Position numbers and translations under genes: made by a program
The notes under the pieces: model-generated
Told to the model about the DNA's origin: nothing
Seen by the model: the letters and a program-made list of their open reading frames with translations, nothing else
The model's database searches: none
In this document: positions 1 through 8,974 of the stretch, piece after piece
How positions within the stretch are numbered: position 1 is the first letter of the stretch
How the letters are laid out: each line of letters begins with the position of its first letter
Origin: Tubulanus polymorphus
Lineage: Eukaryota > Animalia > Nemertea
Assembly: GCF_964204645.1 (NCBI RefSeq)
Contig: NC_134029.1
Coordinates: 19,276,950 to 19,340,949 of the forward strand
Direction: 5' to 3'
Length of the DNA: 64,000 nucleotides

Positions 1-151
1 TATATTTTATTTTACAATCATCATAAAAATGAAACAATTGTTTCAAACTATAAACTGAAAATGAAAGTAACCCTGAAATCATCATAATTAATTTCATTTT
101 CTCTTGATTTCTGTAAATAAGATTTAACAAATTTAATATATTTTCACTCAT
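1..151 (-). CDS. Small hypothetical protein with a hydrophobic segment, 3' end off the window (MSENILNLLNLIYRNQEKMKLIMMISGLLSFSVYSLKQLFHFYDDCKIKY...)
   Basis: Manual translation: ATG at 151-149 and 50 open codons to the edge. Start context TTTCTTATTAAATG resembles that of the neighbouring ORF. Not in the ORF track. Confidence 0.5.
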   Translation of the reverse strand, partial: MSENILNLLNLIYRNQEKMKLIMMISGLLSFSVYSLKQLFHFYDDCKIKY

Positions 152-187
152 TTAATAAGAAAAGATTTTAATAGATTAATTCACTAT

Positions 188-406
188 TTAATCTGATTCA
201 ACAACTTTCTTGTGATTATTACCGTTTTTATAATTATTTCCATTTTTAGTATTTAACTTCTTTAATTTCTTGCTTAATTTATTATTTTCATTTATTAAAT
301 CTTTTGAAATATTTTCATAATAAAAGTAAAGCGCAGCTAAAATTAAACCTCCAGCAACTAAATAATGTTTTAAATCACTTTTCCCAGTTGGAATGAAACC
401 ATCCAT
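188..406 (-). CDS. 72-aa hypothetical single-pass membrane protein with a basic K/N-rich tail
   Basis: ATG in TTTCTTAAATAAATG context; hydrophobic stretch YLVAGGLILAALYFYY; compact tandem spacing with the ORF at 1-151. Confidence 0.6.
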   Translation of the reverse strand: MDGFIPTGKSDLKHYLVAGGLILAALYFYYENISKDLINENNKLSKKLKKLNTKNGNNYKNGNNHKKVVESD

Positions 407-530
407 TTATTTAAGAAAGAAATTAGAAAATTAATAAACATTTGCTTGTTTTTATTTAAATATTTTAAAATCATTTTTAAAATATTAAACTTTTAAATGA
501 TTAAATCAAATAACAATTAAATTTACAGCT

Positions 531-2150
531 AAACAATTTATCATTTCAACTGTCAAACAATTTATCATTTCAACTGTCAAACAATTTATCATTTCAACAG
601 TCGAACAATTTATCATTTCAACTGTCAAACAATTTATCATTTCAACTGTCAAACAATTTATCATTTCAACTGTCAAACAATTTATCATTTCAACTGTCAA
701 ACAATTTATCATTTCAACTGTCAAACAATTTATTATTTCAACTGTCAAATCATTTCAACTGTCAAACAATTTATTATTTCAACTGTCAAATCATTTCAAC
801 AGTCGAACAATTTATCATTTCAACAGTCGAACAATTTATCATTTCAACTGTCAAACAATTTATCATTTCAACTGTCAAACAATTTATCATTTCAACTGTC
901 AAACAATTTATTATTTCAACTGTCAAACAATTTATCATTTCAACTGTCAAACAATTTATTATTTCAACTGTCAAATCATTTCAACAGTCGAACAATTTAT
1001 CATTTCAACAGTCGAACAATTTATCATTTCAACTGTCAAACAATTTATCATTTCAACAGTCGAACAATTTATCATTTCAACTGTCAAACAATTTATCATT
1101 TCAACTGTCAAACAATTTATCATTTCAACTGTCAAACAATTTATCATTTCAACTGTCAAACAATTTATCATTTCAACTGTCAAACAATTTATTATTTCAA
1201 CTGTCAAATCATTTCAACTGTCAAACAATTTATCATTTCAACAGTCAAACAATTTATCATTTCAACTGTCAAACAATTTATCATTTCAACTGTCAAACAA
1301 TTTATTATTTCAACTGTCAAATCATTTCAACTGTCAAACAATTTATCATTTCAACTGTCAAACAATTTATCATTTCAACTGTCAAACAATTTATTATTTC
1401 AACTGTCAAATCATTTCAACTGTCAAACAATTTATCATTTCAACTGTCAAACAATTTATCATTTCAACTGTCAAACAATTTATCATTTCAACTGTCAAAC
1501 AATTTATCATTTCAACTGTCAAACAATTTATTATTTCAACTGTCAAATCATTTCAACTGTCAAACAATTTATCATTTCAACAGTCAAACAATTTATCATT
1601 TCAACTGTCAAACAATTTATCATTTCAACTGTCAAACAATTTATCATTTCAACTGTCAAACAATTTATTATTTCAACTGTCAAATCATTTCAACTGTCAA
1701 ACAATTTATCATTTCAACTGTCAAACAATTTATCATTTCAACTGTCAAACAATTTATTATTTCAACTGTCAAATCATTTCAACTGTCAAACAATTTATCA
1801 TTTCAACTGTCAAACAATTTATTATTTCAACTGTCAAACAATTTATCATTTCAACTGTCAAACAATTTATTATTTCAACTGTCAAATCATTTCAACAGTC
1901 GAACAATTTATCATTTCAACAGTCGAACAATTTATCATTTCAACTGTCAAACAATTTATCATTTCAACTGTCAAACAATTTATCATTTCAACTGTCAAAC
2001 AATTTATTATTTCAACTGTCAAATCATTTCAACTGTCAAACAATTTATCATTTCAACTGTCAAATCATTTCAACAGTCAAACAATTTATCATTTCAAATG
2101 TCAAACAATTTATCATTTTAACAGCCAAACAATTTATCATTTCAACAGTC
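531..2150. repeat. 24-bp minisatellite (AAACAATTTATCATTTCAACTGTC)n, ~70 units, with interspersed 17-bp truncated units
   Basis: Directly visible. Variants are TTATTATTT vs TTATCATTT, CAGTCG vs CTGTCA, and a short unit AAATCATTTCAACTGTC. Confidence 0.97.
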
Positions 2151-2223
2151 TATTAAATATTTAAATCATTTAACTAAATTCAATAATTATTTGACTATTT
2201 AATTTATTTTCAATGTAGAATTG

Positions 2224-2538
2224 TTACTCTTTACACCAGTTTTTATGTTTAATTGTTTGGTAATGCTTTGATTTATGTGATTTTGAATATTTACCTCCGC
2301 AATAACAATGAATTTTTTCATTAGGATTAAATCTTTTGAATTCATTTTCTAAATCACATTGAATTGCGATATGTTTAAAAGATTTACTATTTTCTAAATC
2401 CGGAATCTTTTTATTATCATTGCTAAATAGTTCATGATCTTTGGGATAATTGCGAAAATCAAAATTATGTTTTAATGTTGTTAAGTCTTTTCTTATGTTA
2501 TTTGTTTTGATTTTTAGAGTTGAATTATTAATTTCGAG
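2224..2538 (-). CDS. ATG-less 104-codon frame, probable frameshifted continuation of the 2514-3137 ORF; second C2H2-like finger plus pPolB-like motif
   Basis: Manual translation: LEINNSTLKIKTNNIRKDLTTLKHNFDFRNYPKDHELFSNDNKKIPDLENSKSFKHIAIQCDLENEFKRFNPNEKIHCYCGGKYSKSHKSKHYQTIKHKNWCKE*. The C-terminal half is paralogous to the C-terminus of the upstream ORF. Confidence 0.6.
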   Translation of the reverse strand, partial: LEINNSTLKIKTNNIRKDLTTLKHNFDFRNYPKDHELFSNDNKKIPDLENSKSFKHIAIQCDLENEFKRFNPNEKIHCYCGGKYSKSHKSKHYQTIKHKNWCKE

Positions 2539-3137
2539 TTATGATATTTTGATTTAAGATGGTGGGATTTATTGCTTCGAGTATAATATTTTCCACAATC
2601 ACATAACACTTTTTCATTAGGTTCATATTTAGGCGTAACAATTTCATTATCTAAGTTACATTGAACTGCAACATCTTTATATGATTTTTCATTATCTAAA
2701 TCACATTGAATTCCAATATTTGATGAATTTTCATTATAGATAATTTGTTTATTATCAAAATTATAATAATATAATTGTCGTTTTTCAATTCTTAAGTCTA
2801 TCCTATCATTACCTTTTGAAAGTATTATATCACTTTCTCTTTCATTAAAAGGACATTTAAGAATATTTATTATGTTTTCATCTAAATTACCTTTATAATT
2901 TAAAACTGTATTAAATATTTTAGGATTTTTGGCGCCATTATCTAAAGTATCTATTAGTTCAGTAATTAAATATGTTTCATTTAATAATATTTGATTAATT
3001 ACAGTAATATTATCAATTTTATAATGTCTTGCGGACACTAAATTTGTTGCTGAAATATAATTTTTAATGTTAAACTGTGAAAATGATTTATTGGGTTCAT
3101 TGATTTCGATTTTGAAGTTGGGTTCTTCTTTCTTCAT
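2514..3137 (-). CDS. Hypothetical protein with a C-terminal viral-type C2H2 zinc finger (CDCGKYYTRSNKSHHLKSKYH)
   Basis: Longest non-repeat ORF in the window. First ATG at 3137 (ATAAAAATG); the track's start at 3161 is a GTG inside the 47-bp repeat. CxC-x9-HxxxxxH-type fingers are common in Polinton and large-DNA-virus accessory proteins. Confidence 0.7.
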   Translation of the reverse strand: MKKEEPNFKIEINEPNKSFSQFNIKNYISATNLVSARHYKIDNITVINQILLNETYLITELIDTLDNGAKNPKIFNTVLNYKGNLDENIINILKCPFNERESDIILSKGNDRIDLRIEKRQLYYYNFDNKQIIYNENSSNIGIQCDLDNEKSYKDVAVQCNLDNEIVTPKYEPNEKVLCDCGKYYTRSNKSHHLKSKYHNSKLIIQL

Positions 3138-3153
3138 TTTTATAACAAAATTA

Positions 3154-3435
3154 TTACTCACACTTTACTCACACTTTTAATATTGAACAATTTTATCATT
3201 TTACTCACACTTTACTCACACTTTTAATATTGAAAATCTCAATTATTTTACTCACACTTTACTCACACTTTTAATATTGAAAATCTCAATTATTTTACTC
3301 ACACTTTACTCACACTTTTAATATTGAAAATCTCAATTATTTTACTCACACTTTACTCACACTTTTAATATTGAAAATCTCAATTATTTTACTCACACTT
3401 TACTCACACTTTTAATATTGAACAATTTTATCATT
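3154..3435. repeat. Six tandem 47-bp subterminal repeats
   Basis: Unit TTACTCACACTTTACTCACACTTTTAATATTGAAAATCTCAATTATT starts at 3154, 3201, 3248, 3295, 3342 and 3389. Units 1 and 6 carry the variant GAACAATTTTATCATT. Confidence 0.97.
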
Positions 3436-3533
3436 TTATTAGCGCTTTTATATTAAAAAGTGTGTTTATTTTTGGAAAAAAGCAAAAAAAAAGCAGCTGT
3501 TGTTACGCGCACTCACTGTTTATGTGTGTCACA

Positions 3534-4421
3534 AGAAGTGAAACGCAAGAAGATCAAGAAGAAAGAACAACGCGAGAAACTCGTCGAAAAAATCAGACCG
3601 GGTTTGGGTAACACGTACAGTAAAAAACGAGCGCTTTCCGAACGAGAGAAGGCTAGTAAAGCAACGGATAAGCTTATTAAGGTATGTTTCAGAATATGAT
3701 CAAATTTTATAGCGTGGATACTAGGCAGGGGTTTACAACGAAACCTCGTTATAATGGATGTCGATATAGCGAATTATTACATCTGAAAACATAGAATTTC
3801 GTCCAAAATGAGAAAATCTATCTTTATTTCGTACTATAGACTATAGACAAGTAACGTAAGGAACAGATCTGTTCGGCGTTGTGCCGATATTCTGCGGTAT
3901 TTTTCACGTGCAGTTTAATCTTTTCTTTCTGATTGAAAAGTTGTTAATCTGACCCTGTAGATAAACGGGACGATTTCATGAATGTAACAGACAAGAAAGC
4001 AAAGAAACTCAATGCAATCGTTAGAAAGCAGGGGCCAGACTTTTGTCAGATAAAAATGTTGAATATGCGTAGACTGGAAATGACTGAAGGCAGTCTATTT
4101 AACAAATACATTTTTTGAAAGCCTTCAAATTTTCTTGATCCTCAAGTGATTATCTGGTGGAGCCTGCAGTATAAAATCACTGGTCGCTTCTTGACGTGAT
4201 TTATGATGATTGAATGCAATAGATGGTGCATGCATCGCACAAAACATTCGTCGTCTTCGTTGCTATATTTCTGGGATAAATCCAGTTCCGCTAAAAAGTC
4301 TCTGACCTCGTCGAAACAGTTCTTCATTTCAAGGCAAAGTTACGTCCCATAAAATCGTCAGAAAGGTGCGCCACAAGTGAAGAAGAAACAAAAAAGTTTG
4401 GCTACAAAATTGATGTTGTAG
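3534..4421 (+). pseudogene. MPHOSPH10: Decayed 3' fragment (last two exons) of U3 snoRNP protein MPP10
   Basis: Exon ~3534-3681 reads EVKRKKIKKKEQREKLVEKIRPGLGNTYSKKRAL...LIK, then a GTATGT donor. Exon 4275-4421 reads DKSSSAKKSLTSSKQFF...KKKQKSLATKLML*. This matches the recalled Mpp10 C-terminus (KLLEK..GKYSK; LKSSQAFF; KLKL*). The phase-0 junction is consistent, but the acceptor is mutated (CTGG) and there is an in-frame TAA at 4350-4352. Confidence 0.75.
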
Positions 4422-4726
4422 TAGACAAAGTGATTCTAGAAATATCTTGTATATAAATAGATTAACTGTCAATAAAACTATAACGATATTTAGAATTTTT
4501 TTGACTTGCCGGTGTTTTATTTTCGGATGGTTGCAGAAGACAAGCTGTTCATATTGGAATTATAATCTATAGACGTTACAAATTCGTTTACTGCTGTGGC
4601 CACATAAGATTCCTGATTTTCTTTAGAAGAATATCTGAACGACCCCGATGATTTAGTTTAAAAAAGTTTATTGAATTGCTTTCAACGAATGACTTCCCTA
4701 GGAAGCGAGTGCGTGCTGCGTTCAGG

Positions 4727-5560
4727 CATAGAACTATTCCGTTAAGGCTGACTTATGTCGACAAGCAACGCGACGCCTACCGACGCAACTGGATTTATCG
4801 CCGATTAGCGGCATCTAGCGGCCTACAAGAGGCCGCCAGTTGCTCCTCAATCGGTTCGACATAAGCCGGCTTGCGACGGCAACGCGACGCCTACCGACGC
4901 CTACCGACTCGTCGCAAGCCGTATCCGGCTAGTTGCCCATGTTCTACTCCGGCCTACGGTAGGCGGGCAGTTGCTTTCGATCGCAGCCGACATAAGCTCA
5001 TCTGCGACGCGACGGAACTGAGCGCAGGGGTTCCAGCCAATGAGAAACTGCATATACATAGTACAAATTATCACCGCTAGTTAGCGTCATTCGTAATTAG
5101 TCATAAACTTTCAAATTCAAGTAGTTCAAAACGTAAAACAAACCTACAGCACGGCAGAGGACTGGACCGAAGATCTAGAAACGAAATTGGTAGAATTATG
5201 GTGTGAGCGGCCATCTTTATAGATGTCGCTAGCACATCGTATTCAAAACAGAATCAGAAAGATCAAAGTCTTAAAGAAATAGCTTTTCTAATAGAAATAT
5301 ATTTCCTAATAATTCAAATTTATTCTCAAAGTGCTAATCACGTGACCATTTGAGCCGTTGCAGTTGCTAGTAATCGCAACCGACATAAGCAGGGAATCAA
5401 CTGGGAGGATCTCATATCCCGCTAGTCGGCCTCAGTTGCTGCGAATCGGAGCGCAGTCGACATAAGCTGGGCTGCGATCGCGGTTGCTCTCAGTTGCGTC
5501 GGTAGGAATCGGTAGGCGTCGCGTTGCTTGTCGACATAAGCCAGCCTTTATAGTTCTATG
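4727..5560. mobile_element. 28-bp P-superfamily-like micro-MITE split by the Harbinger insertion
   Basis: CATAGAACTA (4727-4736) and TAGTTCTATG (5551-5560) are inverted termini flanked by a perfect 7-bp direct repeat GTTCAGG (4720-4726, 5561-5567). Confidence 0.7.
4745..5547 (+). mobile_element. Non-autonomous PIF/Harbinger DNA transposon with a MADF (Myb/SANT-like) ORF remnant
   Basis: ~40-bp TIRs AGGCTGACTTATGTCGACAAGCAACGCGACGCCTACCGA / ...CATAAGCCAGCCT with TTA on both flanks. 5151-5298 translates (one frameshift) to AEDWTEDLETKLVELWCERPSL-DVASTSYSKQNQKDQSLKEIA, a MADF-like pattern. Confidence 0.88.
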
Positions 5561-5794
5561 GTTCAGGGTCGTTGGACCATGACTAACGAACGAGGAACGC
5601 GCGTCGCCGTCAAAATAAGCACAAACACTTAAACATTAATAGGAATAGGACATTATTATTGTCGATCAAAGTTTATCACAAGTATAATAACAATACTCTA
5701 CATCTTGTTTCTTTCCCGGGACATTATGCGAAAGAACTTTGGAATAAAACGAATACCTTTTCTAAAATCGACCTAATTCTCCCCACACACACAG

Positions 5795-6000
5795 TGTTGG
5801 ACGCGGGAAGCAAAGAAACATGGAATCGAACATGTTTGATCTAGGAAACATTGTTGCCGTGACTATGTTTCTCAGTTCTTGTAAACGAACACATATGTCA
5901 CAGGAAAACATTCGTTTCTTCTCCTGTTTCCGTGTTTTTTCTGCGTCGGGTGCGTTGGGCTTCATGTCGATTTGGTTTCCTAGTTCAGTACGTATGCTCT
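5795..6000. repeat. Dispersed repeat (GGAAAC-rich MITE-like family), copy 1
   Basis: GAAACATGGAATCGAACATGTTTGATCTAGGAAACATTG aligns with the copy at ~45930-46085. Confidence 0.6.
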
Positions 6001-8651
6001 TCCGTCCAATTGGTTCTTGTTAAGATAAGCGATGCAAAATGACTTTATCGCCATCCATCAGTAGGACACTAAGAATTTCAAAACCCAACTCTGCGAAACC
6101 GAGAGAGCGAGAAAATAATGATTCTCATCCATTAGATATATGAGTTGATAGATGAGATGCGAAAACATGTTAAAACTTGCCGAGGGATATTCAATTTTTT
6201 TATAACCTATTACACATTTGCTTTGTTATTTCTTTGTTATGTGAGAATATAATATTAATCATCAATTACGGCTCGCGGATATATACGAATATGTGAATGT
6301 ATTTTGAACCGTTGGCGCTTTTCATTTCAGTGGATAATTTCAAAGTGAAACATTACGCATCGGAGTTAGCCCGCGGTGTGCCCGCAAGATTGATTTTTTT
6401 TCGCGTTAAAACGTTTACAACGCGGAGAAAAAAAAACAAAAATATGTGCGCAGATACCTCGCCTACCCAGGACAAACTTTGACCGGTAATATTGGTCCGA
6501 GGTAAGTTAAGTGTGAATTTAAAAAAAATATTATAATCGTTTTTGTCCGAGTCAAAAGCCCAAGTAGGCGTCACATATCCGGTGAGTGCGAGTGTGCTCT
6601 GAGAGTGCCCTTATTTACCGAGAGGTGCCCTAAATCTTTCCTGCTCCCCCTCCTTGATTTATACCCGAGATCCTCCCCTGTATACATAGCCTTATAGTAA
6701 ATAGTAACGTTAAAAAATTTTGTTTACATCGGAATGCATTTTACCCATATATCGATCTCATAATACAATTTATAGATATATGTATAATAAAAATCCATAA
6801 ATGAACACTCGTTAATTGTAGTTGTTTTCACGCCCGATTTTCCGATAGATAGAGACTACTGTATATTAAAGACATATTCTCTCATTATAGGAAAAAAGCT
6901 TTGCGACGGGAAGGTGCACCGTCGCCAGTGCATGGCCCCGAGCGTCGAGGCTGAACATATCTGCGGTTTATTTGCCGTAGATTTGTGCGGATGATAATTA
7001 TTAGTCCTGTGTCATCATTGATTAGATAGAAATTGTCTATCAAACACGAAGCCAATTCCGTCTTCGGTTCTCGGGCAATTAACGGCTAATAAACCAGTTT
7101 TAGCAACGCCGACGGAAAATACCGTGTGGGTGATGTATCGACGTATTTGGAATCTATCTTAAACGTGAAACGGCTTCATCACGGGGATTCACATAGGAAA
7201 AGTTTTTATGGTTTTCTTTTAAACTTTCTTTTCTCGCTGATTCGAAATATAGCCCTTGGCAATTTTACCTGCTTAATATATTCTCGGTCGTGTAACACAG
7301 CTTTGCATTTAGCGCGACGATGCCGGCTTTTCGTTGGGAACCAACTTCACTCATTTGAAGTTCGATGTTTTTTTTTCAAACTATAAGAGCTATTTCTGGC
7401 TTGAGCCCGAAGCTGTTTTTGTAAGAAGTTACCCTTCCGAGGTTTTGTAGTCCCCGCGGCGCTGCTAACCGATGACTAACGGCAATGATTTTTTTAGTCT
7501 CCGGACAACGCTCGCGATTGTCGCAATTTTTTCAGCGCGGCGAAGGCGAATAGCCATCGATTTATAATTCAGAAAGCTGCCGGTAAACGTTCCACATCAG
7601 TGATCGGAAAACAAAGTGCCGTGTCTATATAGCAAAGCAGTTGCTTGTGGCCCTGTTGGTTTGAATCCGAAATTCACGAGTCAGATTGTACGTCCTTCCC
7701 GCTTTGCTCGTTGATCGTTCACCTGCTTCCTCAGCCGAGGGAGTTTCTAACCCTTCTCGAAGCCTCTAATTAGCTCACCGATACTCCGCTCAGTCTGTAC
7801 GTCTGCATACCTATCCTTTCGCGAATTATGCTGCTTTGATAATATAAGCACCTAGAAACACCCAGTTTGACATTTCAACTATGATATGTATATTGATCAG
7901 TTTGTTCTTTTATGCAATGTCTCTCAAATTGTATACGAAATTCATGAGATATAATGCCGCAAAATATCTATAGATAGCACTTGGAGAATGGTGACCGACA
8001 CAGAATATCTAATGTAGAAAATTATTGACTTTAAAGTGTGACATTTATTTTCGTTAAATATTGTGAATTACACACCTCGATTGTGCCGCAATTTCCAAGA
8101 TAAAAGCCTTTGCTGCAAACTTAGTGAAAATTCTAGAATTTACTATTTTGATCCTTTGAAAGGAACGCACAACTTGGTACAATGAATCGAATTGCTATCG
8201 ATAGAAATTGCATCAGCACCATGAGTTGAAAGTATTCGATTTTGTGTCATGTCATGAAACAGTTGTCTTCGGTCGAATCTTTTCAAGGATATTTCCAAGA
8301 TGGAATTCTACCAGGCTATATATATGTTTTATAGAAAGTTTATATATTGATTATGTTACCATCAGGTTTTGCCGTCTATATAAGATTATCTACGTAATAA
8401 TGAACGGAATTGTAGATGATTATTTCCTCACATAAATGACATTGTATTTCACGCCGATTACGACCAATATTTGTTAGGATTGGTCGTATACGTAAAAATC
8501 CCCAATGCTTCAAAGTAGGTAATCTCCCGTTTAAATGCGAAGTGCATTCAATTTATTCATATTTTACTAAGTATACATTACATACGAATATCATGAGCAT
8601 TGATTGAATTTGAATTGAAAAATACGAATTACAAATCAGAAGTCCAGTATT

Positions 8652-8974
8652 TACGGAAGCGTCCTGGGGACATAATTAATTTTTCTATTTTTTGCTGATT
8701 GAAAAATCATAGAATAAATTAAAATTCGATTTCCGACTTTTTTCACGGAATTAAATCACCACCGGTCGAAAAAAATGAAATTTGGAATTAAATCGCCAAA
8801 GGTCGAAAAAAGATAAATCTAATAATAAATGATTTAATTTCGTGAAAAAAGTCGGAATTAAATCGCCACCGGTCGAAAAAAACATTACATTTTCTAGAAA
8901 ATCGAATCTTTATTTGATTCTATGATTTTTTAATCAGCAAAAAAAATCAATGATATCCCCAGGACGCTTCCGTA
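8652..8974. mobile_element. MITE with long imperfect TIRs (TACGGAAGCGTCCTGGGGA ... TCCCCAGGACGCTTCCGTA)
   Basis: 19-bp perfect terminal IR extending imperfectly for ~80 bp; three internal copies of GGAATTAAATCRCCAMMGGTCGAAAAAA. Confidence 0.85.

Larger units (their letters stand above)
1..3533 (-). mobile_element. End of an AT-rich endogenous virus-like element (Polinton/Maverick- or adintovirus-like), truncated by the window edge
   Basis: Far more AT-rich than the flank, with closely packed intronless minus-strand ORFs and two subterminal tandem arrays. Contains a viral-type CxC-HxxxxxH finger and a pPolB-like motif. Ends abruptly at ...TGTGTGTCACA (3533), directly against a host exon. No integrase, capsid or ATPase gene lies within the window. 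Confidence 0.6.

Noticed and set aside
506-1207. ORFs encoding (LTVEMINC)n
   Set aside because: Translation artefacts of the 24-bp minisatellite; non-ATG starts, and the 17-bp units repeatedly break the frame.
531-2150. CRISPR-like appearance of the tandem arrays (also 3154-3435 and 51017-51575)
   Set aside because: No unique spacers, no cas genes, eukaryotic context.
3460-3699. 79-aa ORF as a standalone gene
   Set aside because: Chimeric frame spanning the element terminus, the MPP10 exon and intron sequence; GTG start.
3952-3962. 11-nt match to the miR-10 5' end (and an 11-nt miR-184-like match at ~18828)
   Set aside because: The matches do not extend to the full mature sequence and there is no precursor hairpin; expected by chance.
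6330-6390. FKVKHYA resembling the myosin motor HYAG motif after an AG
   Set aside because: The following residues do not fit, there is no good donor, and no other myosin exons were seen.
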